A DNA stretch of 63,981 bases, counting the filler. It is 14 parts of 14 records of this genome, joined end to end, with 100 filler letters (N's around TTAATTAATTAA, not from the genome) between each part and the next. Parts side by side here need not be neighbours in the genome. Positions count along the whole stretch, not along the records: positions 11,122 to 15,882 come from SRR15195285_1161; positions 15,983 to 19,572 come from SRR15195285_1164; positions 19,673 to 26,361 come from SRR15195285_1166; 11 more parts are not named here. The stretch is one strand, 5' to 3'. The notes under the pieces were generated by a model. That model saw only the letters and a program-made list of their open reading frames with translations, was not told where the DNA came from and searched no databases. Below are positions 11,566 to 23,898 of this stretch, piece after piece (positions within the stretch are counted from its first letter, which is position 1; each line of letters begins with the position of its first letter). The position numbers and the translations under genes were made by a program.

Positions 11566-13584
11566 ATGGCGGACACCTCCACGCTGCAGCTGCCATGGCG
11601 TCCGACGCCGGCTCGTCGGCCGAGCTCCGCGAAGTTCGGCCATGTGACGCGTGCAGAGCATGGTCCGGGGAAGAGCTCGAAGAATCGTCCTGGGAGCGCC
11701 CCGCTGCGGCCGAGCTACGAGCCACCGGTGTCTAAAGGCGTCGCTCGCCGTGAGCGAGTGTCGACTGACGGCGGTGATGCTGCTGTTGACGTGGACGCGT
11801 CTTGGCCGCAGCGCTTTGTCGTTGCCGTGAACGGCGAACCGATTCCAACGATGGAGTCGACGCACTCAGAGCACGCACGCTTCCTGGGCAAATCTGCCCA
11901 GCGACGTGAGCGGCTCGCAGCGATTATGGACGCGGTTGAGTCGGAGTACCGTGAGCGGCGCGGTGAGCGTCAGGTGGCTTTGGCTAAGCGCCAGGGTACC
12001 GAGTGGGCGCGCACGTGCCGTCACTATGTGCACGGGTCGCACGCAGACCACGGCGAGCTCGGCAAACACCGTGGACCGCCACCACACAGCCGTTCCCCCG
12101 GCCCAAGTAGACAGCGACCGTGGTCAGCAAGCTCTGCTGATCGCAGCCAGTCCGTGCTTAATCTCGGCCCTCCTCCTCCATCTGCGAGCCGGTGCCCACA
12201 CAGTGCGCACACGCAAAATGCATCGACTACAGCTGCAGATCCAGTAATGCAAGCGATACAGGCACGTCGACAACGAAGCGAGAGCTGGGGTTTGAGCAAG
12301 GCAGTGGACAACGGGATTGCTGTACCCAAATCGAATGGCGTCGGGTGGACCTACCTCAGCGCCAGCACCAGTATCGGCGATGGCGGCGATGTTGACCGTG
12401 CTTGCGAACAGCGTGCGGTCGACATTCCGAGCCCCAAAGCCACTGAAGCAGAGTGGTTTGCATGGGTAAAGCGCACGATGGAGCTCCGTGAGGCGCCTCT
12501 GGTAGAGCTCGAAAAGATGTATGGCCGAGTGGAACAAGCCCGGTGCGAGCGCACTCATGCGATCAAGGCAGCAGCCAAGGGTGGACGACAGCGTCGCGAA
12601 AATGGAAACTATGTTGGGCGGTGTGCTGACTCGTCGACAAGGCCTGTCGCCAGAGATGAAAGTGCCACAGCATTCGGAATTCGTGGCAGATTCACGAATC
12701 AAAGTTGGGAAGATCCGGTCGACACAGTCACAGTCCCCGAGACGCCACCACCACAAAAGCCAAGCAGGGGACACGAGCTTCGAGGGATTGGAGCACAGCT
12801 GATTTATATTGATCGCAGCATGGCGGAACTGCTGCTTGATGTCTGCGATGTTCCGTCAATAAGAAACGCTGCGAGCATGGCAATCCGTTCAGGCTTGGGT
12901 CTAGATGCTTCCAAGCCGAAGGCCAAGTCGTCTCCGTCGTCTTCGTCTTCCACTGCAATGCCGCGACCCGCTCCTCGTTCGGCTTCGGAAGGCGAGTCTG
13001 CGAGCAGGGCACAGCAGACTATCGGCGCAGCAAACACTTCCCAGCCTGTGGCGCGCATTGTTGACAGCTCTGATGGTGCCGCGACGGGGGACCCAAGCGA
13101 TGGAGAAAATTCACCACAAAATGTGCATGCGGTCGTCCCCAGGCTTGATTTAACGGTACTGCGTGCGGCTGGCGAGCCACACGCCGATAAGGCCCAGAGG
13201 ACGGCGCAACAGCTGGAGGCTTTGGGTTATGAGCGCCGAGGGCCCAAAGACGTCCAGGTCAGTCAGCACGTTCAGCAGCAGGTTGTTCGTGATGCTCTTG
13301 CTCACGCGCAGGCTGTGGCAGGCGCGAGGTCGGCTGCTAGTACTGCCACTGCACAGAAACAGAACAGAGCCTATGGTCAGTCAAAACCAGGCCGACGTGC
13401 TGCGCGCGCCAAAGGCAGGCCACTGTCATCAGACAAGCGTGGGCAGCAGCATGATGAGTTGGCGGTATCTTCTGCAGCAATGCGGTCGCAGCAGCAAGCG
13501 ACTGTTGCAAGAAAAATCAGCCAATTGTGGGGAGCGGGTCGGGGCGTACCACTGCAGGCGAAAGTTTCCCTTCAGTACGCATGA
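11566..13584 (+). CDS. Hypothetical low-complexity, largely disordered protein (672 aa, intronless)
   Basis: Long ATG-initiated ORF rich in R/P/S/A (RPSSA, RPGSAP, RPWSA motifs); no recognisable domain. Confidence 0.6.
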   Translation: MADTSTLQLPWRPTPARRPSSAKFGHVTRAEHGPGKSSKNRPGSAPLRPSYEPPVSKGVARRERVSTDGGDAAVDVDASWPQRFVVAVNGEPIPTMESTHSEHARFLGKSAQRRERLAAIMDAVESEYRERRGERQVALAKRQGTEWARTCRHYVHGSHADHGELGKHRGPPPHSRSPGPSRQRPWSASSADRSQSVLNLGPPPPSASRCPHSAHTQNASTTAADPVMQAIQARRQRSESWGLSKAVDNGIAVPKSNGVGWTYLSASTSIGDGGDVDRACEQRAVDIPSPKATEAEWFAWVKRTMELREAPLVELEKMYGRVEQARCERTHAIKAAAKGGRQRRENGNYVGRCADSSTRPVARDESATAFGIRGRFTNQSWEDPVDTVTVPETPPPQKPSRGHELRGIGAQLIYIDRSMAELLLDVCDVPSIRNAASMAIRSGLGLDASKPKAKSSPSSSSSTAMPRPAPRSASEGESASRAQQTIGAANTSQPVARIVDSSDGAATGDPSDGENSPQNVHAVVPRLDLTVLRAAGEPHADKAQRTAQQLEALGYERRGPKDVQVSQHVQQQVVRDALAHAQAVAGARSAASTATAQKQNRAYGQSKPGRRAARAKGRPLSSDKRGQQHDELAVSSAAMRSQQQATVARKISQLWGAGRGVPLQAKVSLQYA

Positions 13585-13800
13585 GCTGTTGTTTGAGATG
13601 CCCACGGGAACCCTCGGGTGTTGGCGATTGAGTTGATATCTATTCTTATTCTAAATTGCATGTTTTCAATCTACACAAATGCATTGGTCTACATAGACCC
13701 TTTCTTCCCTTTGCAGCAATTTGGTACTACAAATGCCTTCGCCCACTTGCCCCTCAACGTTTGAATCATGCAGTCGCAGTCAGAATGGCCTCAACGCGGC

Positions 13801-15882
13801 TCACTCTTCACACATTGTCGTGATCAGCCTGAACACCGTAGAGGCTAATATAGCATCAGCATGACTTGCAAGTGGTGTCGTGCCAGGTGACGTTGTGCAA
13901 GTTACCCATACTTTCATTGCGCCCCTCACCGGAAAGCGCGACGCCGCTGGTTGTTGGTCTGTCGGCAGCTGCACGTCGAGAGCGCGCCAAGGTGTACAGT
14001 CCATTTGCTTCCCTGTAGAAACTGCATGAGAAGTCATGTGAATCCGCAACGAATTGCCGCCCATGCGTAGTGTAGCATCACTATCACTCAGTGTCACGTT
14101 TGCACGTGTATGTATTGTAAACGACACGTTGTTGACTTCATCCTTCGGAGAGCGTATCTCGTCAGTGATGGTCAAACAACTCATCGCGTTGGCCAGTGTG
14201 AAGGATCGCACGACAGAGCCACCGTCTCCCAGTTGTCTAGAGTACGCCCGTGTGAGGTTTACGCTGATGAACCGACCTGCGACGTCCAGGCTATCTCCTT
14301 CTCGTTGTTTAATTGGTCGGATGAAATTTGAGACAACGTTCACCGCCTGATCACTAGCAGCTGCATTTGTAGGATCAAAATCGCCAACCTCGTCGAATGT
14401 CAGCGTGTTGTGACCTCTGGTAGCCTTGCGGTAGTATGCGTAACGCGAGCCCCATTCTCGATCGAGCGTGAAATTGGTGGGCGAGTACCACGCTGAACTG
14501 CCAAACATACCTGCTAGCAAGTAATTCTCGATACCAAGGTCGCACACCCATCGATGACCTGAAGTTTCAAAAACAAAGGATCCGTGATCTAAGTCCTGGT
14601 GTGTCATCGCGCTGTTGCCTCCTTTCACTCCCAAGTACGACGCGCTGTTGTTCCAGCCCGAGCGCGCGACGGCAACTTGTTTATCAAGGTAAACGGCTTG
14701 GTGTGGCAATGCTGCCAGGTCTGCGGCGCTTCCGTCGCTGGTCCAGCGAAGGAGCGCCACAACAGCCTCGTCAAACCCTCCAGTGACCGATGGAGCAGGA
14801 GTGGCGAGCAAACGACGCGCAAAATACGCAGGTCCGTTGCCAATGGCTGGGAAAATGTGTGTCAACGACAGCAAATTTGCGCTAGTTCGCATCCCATCCA
14901 TTCCACCAGTGCCATTCACTTCATTGGTGTCTCCATAATTGAACAGGTATCCAGATGGCGTCGCGTAGGTTTGCAGTGCATAAAATGCTGTGACGTTCAA
15001 TCCCGGTGTCTCCTTGTGCCCGTAATCACTGCCAACTGCCGACATTAGGCACTCGATGGTGGCGCTTACGTATTTCGTGGTGTAGGACCAGTAGTGTGGA
15101 CCTTCTGGCCATGCGCCATCGTTTGCTGGCCCATAGTCTTGTAGGGCGTACGGGAATCCTTCTGCCGACAGGGATCTGTATCACCAACGATAGAGGTTAG
15201 GTTCTGTATCTACTCCTGGCAAAATGGTCATGCAGTAAATGGAGGACAAATGAATGGTACTGGTTGCATAAGTGTGGCATACAGCGCATGTTTAGCTGCC
15301 ACAGCGTAGCGGGGTACATCTGCCAGTGCCAGTGCTGCGATGGCCATGCCACCGTTCGAGACCAAATTCCAATTCATGGCTGCGCGGATCCACCTGTTCC
15401 TCACCAGCACGTTCGAGATCAGCATCGACTATAGGTTGTTGCTGCACCAAGCACGCCGGATTGCGTGGCATACCAGCAGCGGGAGCATAGTCCAGTATCC
15501 GGGATCCCAGGTGTCCACGAGCAATTGAGGCGCCAGCAAGCAAGCCCCTCGCCCAAGCCAGCTCGATACAAGCCATCTTCGATTGCCGTTTGCTGCTCGT
15601 CGCTAAGCTCGTGATAAAACCAGTCGTAACCAATGGACACACCATGCATCGTTTCTGCGACTGTCAAGAAGCGCTTTGGATTCCACGACGGCAACGATGC
15701 AACCTCTACATCAGCATACATCCGAGCATCGGGCGTTAAAAATGCAGAGGCTATGGAGCTCAATATGAATGCAATGTAGCATGTTGAGCATTCATGGTGA
15801 CTCACTGAGCAACTCGGCTACAGCACGGCGCGCTACGATGCTTTTGAACGTAGCATTTGTGGATAGATGGTACACAATACCC
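13801..15882 (-). CDS. Heparinase II/III-family polysaccharide lyase; multi-exon, 5' truncated
   Basis: Motifs WNPKRFL.VAE..GVSIGYDWFY, NWNLVSNGG, W.EG..YWSY, FNYGD, HQDLDHGSFVFE..GHRWVCDLG and YYRK.TRGHNTL across ORFs 15292, 15228 and 13801. Confidence 0.85.
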
Positions 15883-16340
15883 NNNNNNNNNNNNNNNNNN
15901 NNNNNNNNNNNNNNNNNNNNNNNNNNTTAATTAATTAANNNNNNNNNNNNNNNNNNNNNNNNNNNNNNNNNNNNNNNNNNNNACTGTAGATCTACATGTA
16001 TCGCATGGTAGGAATTCATTCCTCTCGACGAACGGCATGAATACGAAACCGGAAATTGTAGATTGCTCCTACTATACTACAATGAATATACTATACTACT
16101 AGTATGAATGGTATAAGATTCAACAGACTGTACGCTTAGAGTTAAAAAAATTGCATAATGTATTCAAGTCTGGCTTGACTCCTAATAACAACAGCGTCGC
16201 GCCAGCATCGCAGGGCCGCGGCGCGCGCCCGCCGGCGGGCGCGCCACGGCCCACGCCGGTCTGCTGGGCTCTCTCGCGTACGCCTATCGTATCGGCAGCG
16301 CCGGCGCTCCTTTCTCTCTGCTGCTCCACTCTCTACGGCC

Positions 16341-17773
16341 ATGGCCATGAAGGCAGCGCTCGGGAGGCTGGAGGCGATGGGCTTTCCGTACCAGCAGGCT
16401 CGGCGGGCGTATCGACTCGTGCCGATGGAGACGAAGACAGGTGGCTCAAGGGCGACGGTGGTTGCGTGCGCTGCGGAACTCATGATCAGTGGAGCTGTCC
16501 CCAAGGAGGATGGCGACGATGCGCCAAAGCCGAAGTCACGCGCGACGCCACGGCCACCACAACCGAAGTCAAAAGCGCGTAGGCGTGCGCTGGAAAAGGC
16601 AGCGGTGGCGAAGAAGAGAACGCATGTTGGGTTGCAGCCAGTGGTTGCTACGCACCTGGAGCCATCCACCACCACCACGGCAGCGCCATCCTTGCCTGTA
16701 AACCAGCGGGCGAAACCTGGACACTGGCCATTTGAAAACGTGGAGAGGCTTAAACAAGCGATACATGTATACCATAGTTCCGGGCAGGTTGGAGTCGACG
16801 CCCTGCCAGGTAGATTCATGATATCTGTCGGGCCCAAGCAGCAAGAATGGCTTTCAGCGAAACGCGTCGGCACATTCGGAGATCTGAAGAAGCTTAGTGA
16901 CGCGATGGCTACTGACTTGGGTTCTACCCCAGCCCAGGTTGCGAAGCTGAAAGCCATTAGAGAGAAGGTTAGAGTTGCTGACATGACCCTGTCGGTGTGA
17001 GGCTTCCTTTTCGTGCCCCTCATCTTGTCCTTCCTGTGGAAAATGTTTTTCTTCGCTTTGACATACGTCCCTGCGACGTTGATGCGTGTAGGTTCCTGCG
17101 CAAGGCAACGCCTGAACAGCGAACAGGCTACGAACGGGCTCTTATGGGAGCAACACGTGTGATGTCTGCTATCGATACTGCGCAGGCAACATCGATCAAG
17201 AAAAAGCAGACCAGAGCAAAGTATGACTGGGAAGTTGTTGGCGGATTTACAGCCCTCAACAACCACCAGCTTGGCGCTTTTTTGTCCGCGGCAGGACAGG
17301 TTCCGAGAAAACAACCCAAGCAAGATCGGTATGGAGAGAAGACCATTGAGTCTCGTCGCCAACAGCTGCAGAAGGTCATTAGAAAATTGATGGATCAGGA
17401 AGCATCGCAGCAGCGACGTCTCGCCAAGAGAAAGAGACAAGAGGAAGCTCCGAGGCTGCAGGAACAGTCAGCGTGGCTCCTTCAGCAGCCTGCAAATACC
17501 GTGTCTAAACGCATTGCGTGGGCTTGCAACGATAAATTTTGTGGGCACGTTGGGCCAGGATGCCACGGCTGGAGAGAGAAGCAACGCGAAGACATAGTAG
17601 GTGGTGGTGGTGGTGCTGCTGCTGCGGTAGGGACTGATGGGGAGTTCGGAGATGATTCGTGGGCAACAAATTTTGATCCCGATGAGGCGGCCCGACTCGG
17701 TGGAGCTGTGACGACGGCACCATCCACCGGTGCCAACAGTGCTAGCGCTGCCCGGGAGCTAATGTACTCCTAA
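16341..17773 (+). CDS. Hypothetical protein with N-terminal UBA-like domain; 2 exons (intron ~16996-17091)
   Basis: LGRLEAMGFPYQQARRA is a typical UBA MGF motif. ORFs 16341 and 16997 are joined by GTGTGA...GTAG. Confidence 0.6.
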
Positions 17774-17782
17774 TTTCTGGTC

Positions 17783-19572
17783 TTAGAACGATGATGCTTC
17801 AACCATGCGCACAGGGCCATCGACGGCAACTTTCCCGAGAAGCTCCTCACTGTCGCTTCCTGCCTTGAAAAATACCTCGTAGGCCCCTGGGTTGACGCTG
17901 CGGTCGCCTGTTTGACACCATAAATAGGTGAGTGTGAAAGATGGTGGTCTGCATCCACGGATGGCGGCCGTACGGCAGTGGGCAGGCGAGATAATTATGC
18001 AGGCTAATTCAAACAGCATGAAATAACACCCGTACCGTTGGCATCTGCCACAGCAAGCTTCTCGACGGGCAGATCAAATGCAAGCGTGCCACTTGCGCCT
18101 GCACTTAAAATGAGGCCATCGAAACCTGAACAAAAATGACCGGTAGCCACAACAGTAGCAATGGCATGGACGACTTTAAGGAATGATGTTCGTGTGCATG
18201 TGTGCACAGTACGGTACACGGTATAATGCGTTGGAAGTAGTGGTCTGCGCACCGAAGAGCTTCTGCTGGAGGTGGGAGTGATGGCCGACCGGACGCCACA
18301 TCGCAAGGACAGTCACACGACCGTGTCGTTCACCGACGTTCGCAACATTCACTTGGAACTGGGCCTTGGATCCAACTGTGGTTGAGAGTGAGACAGCTGC
18401 CATGTTGCTGCTAGAAATGTTGCTGCTGTGGTGCCACCCAAGTTCAAACGATGTGTACTGCATGCACAAGAAAACCCAGTCTTCAGTTCTCGCAAACCAG
18501 TGCGTTGTCAAGACGAGATATGTCTCTCTCACAGACAGCCCGTCTCCGAACTTAAACTCTGGAGAACCAGTGTAGTACATGTGCGTGCGTCCGGGTGGAA
18601 CGGTGAGACTCATTTCTTCAATTGGAATTTGATCCACCTGCGCATAGTATCCAGGCTAAGAGGTGTCTTAATCCGTAGTGGTATCTCTGTGTGCCTAGAA
18701 AGCGCCATGCCACACTACAGCATTGACCATTTGTTTTCACGGCTGAGCGACTCACATACTCCGGTGGGTACATAGTGATAGCCAGCTTTCCGCTCGGATT
18801 ATAGTCACCTGTTCAGAAAATACAGAGCAAGTCTGATAGCTGTCTGCGTCGGAGGGTACAGAAACAGGCTGTCTAAGCAATCGGAAATCAATCACACACG
18901 TCTCCAAACCTCCTGGATGAATTGGGTGGAGTGGCTTGTTGTTCAGACACGTCCTTACCAAACAGAACGTCAGCCATCGCCTGCGCAGCCATCTCGCCCC
19001 CATAAAAGCAATCAAGAATCGCTGGAGCCGAGTCCTTTAGCTGCCCAAGGGACATCGCACCACCATGTACGAGAACGAGAACAGTGGGCTTGTTCAGTGC
19101 CAGGACTGCCTTCACCAGGTCGGGCTGGGTTCCAGGCAGTGTTGTGTTTGCGCGGTCGTGGCCCTGCACGCAACGACGACACAGTCAAACTGCACAGAAC
19201 ACACATCATTCACCGGGGGAACGCGCTGGGTTCCGCACCTCTGCCTCTACAGTCCCGTCAATGCCCATCACGAGCACCACACTGTCGGCGGCTTTAGCTG
19301 CAGCTAGTGCGGCGGTCATGCCTTGCTTAGGGTCCTTCGGCGGACCCTTCACACCAACGCCCTCTACTCCAACTGTAGTCCCGCCTACATTTGCAGCCTG
19401 GATGGCACCTGGATGATGACAGCAGAAGATATCATGAATGATGTGAATCCCACACAGGGCTATTCCAGGACGAGGGACTTACTCAGTGGCGACTGTATGC
19501 AGTCAAAAGTCTTGCTACCACCTATACCACCAGTCGCATTGAGGCAGCCAGAACCGTGATAGTTGCTGAGAA
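17783..19572 (-). CDS. Glycoside hydrolase family 3 (beta-xylosidase-like), C-terminal part; multi-exon, 5' truncated
   Basis: Motifs EGHDR..TTLPGTQPDLV, PTVLVLVHGG, DCFYGGEMAAQAMADVLFG, GKLAITMYP, GRTHMYYTGSPEFKFGDGLS, and an Fn3-like tail VADANGDRSVNPGAYEV. Confidence 0.9.
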
Positions 19573-19672
19573 NNNNNNNNNNNNNNNNNNNNNNNNNNNN
19601 NNNNNNNNNNNNNNNNTTAATTAATTAANNNNNNNNNNNNNNNNNNNNNNNNNNNNNNNNNNNNNNNNNNNN

Positions 19673-19734
19673 GTCAGCCCAAATCCCCCCGGTCAGATAG
19701 TAAGGGAAAATAGTGCGGGATTTGCTGACCGGGG
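19673..19734. repeat. Nested inverted repeats at contig start, probable transposon terminus
   Basis: CCCCGGTCAG (19687-19696) pairs with CTGACCGGGG (19725-19734), and GTCAGCCCAAATCCC pairs imperfectly with GGGATTTGCTGAC. Confidence 0.5.
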
Positions 19735-19830
19735 CGGCGGCGCCCCGCCCCCGCGCGCGGGTAAGGTCCCGAGCGCGCGCGCGCGCTCTGTAGGAATTCT
19801 CTTGGCGTCATTCATACAGCGCGCGAACGG

Positions 19831-20837
19831 ATGCAGCAGCAGCGCACAGGCGACTCCCGCGTGCATCACTGCAGTCCCGGTCCGTCATCCACCTGTAGCG
19901 AGACACGTGCGTGAGTGACCAACGACGCAACAGCCGACGACGAGCACACGTACATATACCATGCCAGCTCGGCTCAATAGGACTTGGACTACCCAGCCGA
20001 TCCGCGAGTGGGCCGACACTCTATTCGCAGACACCGTTTCATACACTGTTGTTTGACGCCACAGAGATTACGGGACGGATCAACTGGTAGGGTCCGCATC
20101 CGACCTCTCTCGCGATCTCTGTTCCAGCGAAGGAGCACCGATATGCCTCTGCGGCAGGTAGTACTCCTACAGACGTCCTCGCCGAGAAACATCATGCAGC
20201 AGCTTGCGCAGCGGCGTGTGCTGGACGTTCTAATTGGGAAGCAGATCGATGTTGAGCTGGTGGACGGTGCACGTGAGTTTCTCTCAGTAGTGTCATGAAA
20301 GTGCTCGCTGCGCGTGTCCAGTAGTATGCATGCAACAGCGGTTACAATGCGTCGATGCTGCGATTACCAGGTGACAAGACACGGCGCGATGAGCTGCTCA
20401 AGTGTGATGGCGCCTCGCGGGCCGTGTACCCGCAGCTGTTCCTGCATTGCATAGCCAGTGGGACTGACAGCTATGCTGCCTCCCTCGATACCTTTGAGAG
20501 TGCAGTGGAATGCAGCGGGTTGCCGTCTGACGTGCTGCGCTCGAATCCAGATATCCAAACCTTCGAATCGATTTTCTACGACGTGGCGTACGTTGGGTGG
20601 CGCGCATCACACCAGGCTGCACTACAGAGACTCTGGCTAGTTGCTGGTGCCCAGCACCAACGCCTGGGTATCTCAAGTCCGATATACATCTTGTCTCTGG
20701 ACGTCGTGGCAATGGTGGCTGCGCTTATCCAAGCCACTCCAGCGCCAGAGAAAGTGTGCCCTGCAGTCAGCAGCGCCCCAGCTGCCGGCGGTAGAGTGGT
20801 AGAGCGTAGCCCGTACGGAAGTAGAATTCTTGACTGA
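19831..20837 (+). CDS. Hypothetical protein; multi-exon, start uncertain
   Basis: ORFs 19984 and 20355 are joined by a GTGAGT...CCAG intron (~20273-20370). The C-terminal motif is RLW..G.QHQRLG.SSPI..LSLDVV.MV. Confidence 0.5.
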
Positions 20838-20946
20838 AATGAACGTGAAGGTACCACAGTAATGAATCAAGTTGAGACACTGGGACCGTGCCGTCAGAAT
20901 GCGCACTACGTGTTGCGGCGCCCTCGTATTTTCGTACGAAAGGATG

Positions 20947-23328
20947 TCATGCACGCGCAGCGCAGTATTTTTTCACAAAGTCTACCTGGCGCTTACACGC
21001 CCTGAACAAACCACGCAATGCAAAGATCAGAAATTATGTTGGACAGGCTGATTATGTATGTCAATCTGTCTCGAAACTTCAATTGGCAAGGACACCAAGA
21101 GGAGCGATCACGCACGGTGAGCGATTGCTCCTCTGCGCCACAGCTCGACGACACTCGTGATTTCGCTGCACAATCATCAACACGTCCTCAGCTGAGATAT
21201 TGTAGAGCCGGTAGAGAAGTGCCGCCGCAACAGTCCCAACCCGCCCGTGTCCGCCATAACAATGTAGATAGAGAACCTGTCTGGGATCTTCGCGCATGGC
21301 TGCCTCGATGGCGTTCAGGATGTTGTCCATCACACGGGTCGGCCAAACAGCGCCATCCGCTGTTGGATACCTATGCACGCTCGGAATTCTTGCGTTCGGG
21401 GTGGAATCTCTGTAGGCCTCATGCAGTAGATTTACATAGTACGGACGGCAGTGTTTTTCTTCGATACGCTGCTGGAAGTTGAAGAACACCATTACACCCA
21501 CGTCCTTCAACGCACTTAGCTCTGCCAACACCGTCTCCCGAGACGAGCGTAGTTTCTTCCCCTCAACCACATCACCGCCACTAGTGTAGCAGTGGGTGCC
21601 CGGACAGCTCCCGACCAGAACACGTCCTGGCACCAGCCAGTTTGAGGTCTCCGTTGGACCAGTTAGGTTGAGACGCTGTGATGCTGTCATCTGCAACAGC
21701 AGTGATAGCGACACATCCTCTAGTCGAAGTTCGACAAACGCACCCCGCGCCACAGCAACCTGATCTTGTGCCTGCGCACCCGTGTGCTCCTCGGCACGTT
21801 GCAATGAAAGTGCGAGAGCAGTTTGCCTTGGAGTTTTGCGCGACTTGCCGCGCCCAGTGCCTGCCGTCAACTCAGCCTGCGACCGCCTGTTTGTTTTTTT
21901 GCGCTTCATCTTTGCTTTGATCATTATCCGCTCGTCGCGCCACGGGGCCTGGCGCGTCAGCCTCCCCCTTGCCACCGCCTGAATCCTCACAGCTGACTGG
22001 TGTCTGGATTGCACAGCCAGCCGCCGCGCCCTCATTTTCAGTCTGCCCACTTCACTAACAGAGTCGAGCGTGGCAATCGCCGTCTTGACCTCTTCAGGTG
22101 TCACTGAAATGTGCTGCCGAACCCGCTTCGCGTGCACCTTGGTGGCAAGACTTGTTGCTTGCAGCCATCTGCACTGTAGCAACTCGTCTGCGTTTGCCCG
22201 CTTCAACGAATCGACGGTCAGCGCCTTGCGGCAGAATTCGGCACATAGATCCGACGGAATACACGACTCGTTGTATGTGCCTGTGCAGATCGCACGCTTA
22301 TTTTCCGAACGCGACAGTTTGTCACTGCCAAAAGGTTTGTGACCAGTCACGAGCTGGTACACGAGGACACCCATGGCCCAACAGTCCGCTGAAGTGCCCT
22401 CGAATTGCACGCTTCCACACTTGCGCTGCTTGTCAGGTACCGTCACTTTCGACGGCTGCTGACCAGGCGATGCGGGGCTGGTATTTGCCTCCTGCTTCAG
22501 CATCTCCGGCGCCATGTACAGGAGCGTACCCCGCCTGTCCTCCAAAGTGACATCACTCCCCTCCGAACCCCTCCACTCGGTGGCGAACCCAAAGTCGCAT
22601 AGCTTTGCCGTGACCCCGTCCGCGGCCAATAGAGCGTTGGCGTTCTTAATATCCCGGTGAACTACATAATGGCTGTGACAATATGAGAGCGCATCGACGA
22701 GACCCACGACGATCGTGGCAGCCACTTCGTCATCTGGTGGCTTCACATCAGCTAGACATGTGGCCACGAACTCCATTACAATATGCATTGACCTGCCGTC
22801 ATCGATCACGTTGTATAGCTTGACAATGTGTGGATGCTCAAGTTTCTTCAGAACCGCGATCTCACGGCGCAGCATGTCTTCGCCACTCGTTTCTTGTAGA
22901 CGCCTGCCGATCCTCTGCATGATTCGGCGGTCGACAATCTTCACTGCAGCCAGGCTGTTCGCCTCGATATCTTCGACCAGGTGGACTCGGCTAGTGAGCC
23001 CGTAACCGAGTCGACGGATGAATCGGTACCTGCTCCGATACATAGGACCGTGGCCAGCGGTGAGAACAGTACAGCGTCCTTGAACGCAAGACTGATCAGC
23101 AGTGGTCAAGAGTTGATTCGTTGATGATCGTCAGAGTAGATACTGCTGCAGCAGCGCGTCCGTCTCGCCCACCGAATGGTTCGGAATCATCTCACTGGAA
23201 TCATGCACCTGTGCGCTGCTCGACGGCGGCGGGGTGACCAGCTGGTGTCGCAGATCTGGCCTCTTCTCCGTAGAAAGGTAGGCCGCAGGAACTGCTGTGC
23301 CATCGCCGTGGCTGCTTCCACAGCCCAT
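20947..23328 (-). CDS. N-acylated Ser/Thr kinase (CAMK-like) - IQ motif - PTP/dual-specificity phosphatase fusion; 3 exons
   Basis: MGCGSS start and intron 23030-23143. Kinase motifs: LGYGLTSRV, AAVK, HRDIKNAN, DFG, GT..YMAPE, DCWAMG. IQ motif: IQAVARGRLTR. Phosphatase motifs: SNWLVPGRVLVG..P, HCYGGHGRVGT (CX5R). The last exon (21001-20947) gives SP..KRQVDFV. Confidence 0.88.
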
Positions 23329-23898
23329 TCGTTGCTGTCGGTCACGCGACCTCACGCAACATTTCGTTGAGTTGGTGGCTCGCGCGCGCACTCATCGTAT
23401 CACAGACGACCGCCAGGGCGCCCCAGCAGCTATCTGGGCAGTAGCAGCGCGGCGCCATCGCCAGCATTTTTGTCACGATCATGGTCACGATCTCTTATGA
23501 TAGATTCAGTGATTCACTCGTTTCAACCTGGGCACATGCATATTTTCTCCGGATCGCGGAAGGGATCGCGCCCGCGAGCGCGCTCGCGGGCGCGCGCACG
23601 CGCGGTGCGCATACGCACATATGGATGCACATACCGTATATAGTCTATCCACGCATCCGCGCGTCCGTCGCGTCTCTAGCTCGTGCCAGGAACCACCGGT
23701 ACCAGGGCACGCAGCAAGGGTGGCGTGGGCTGATGTGACCCTCGCTGCCATCTATCTGCTCCTCGCCCAGCCTGCCAAGCGACTCAAGCGCCGGAACGTG
23801 CAAGGTCAATGACTGCTAGCGGGTTGCTCTAGCGGTACGCACATATTTTGGTAGTGCTGGCTCGAAGGAGTAGTCGAACAACCCGTGTAGAGCCCCAC

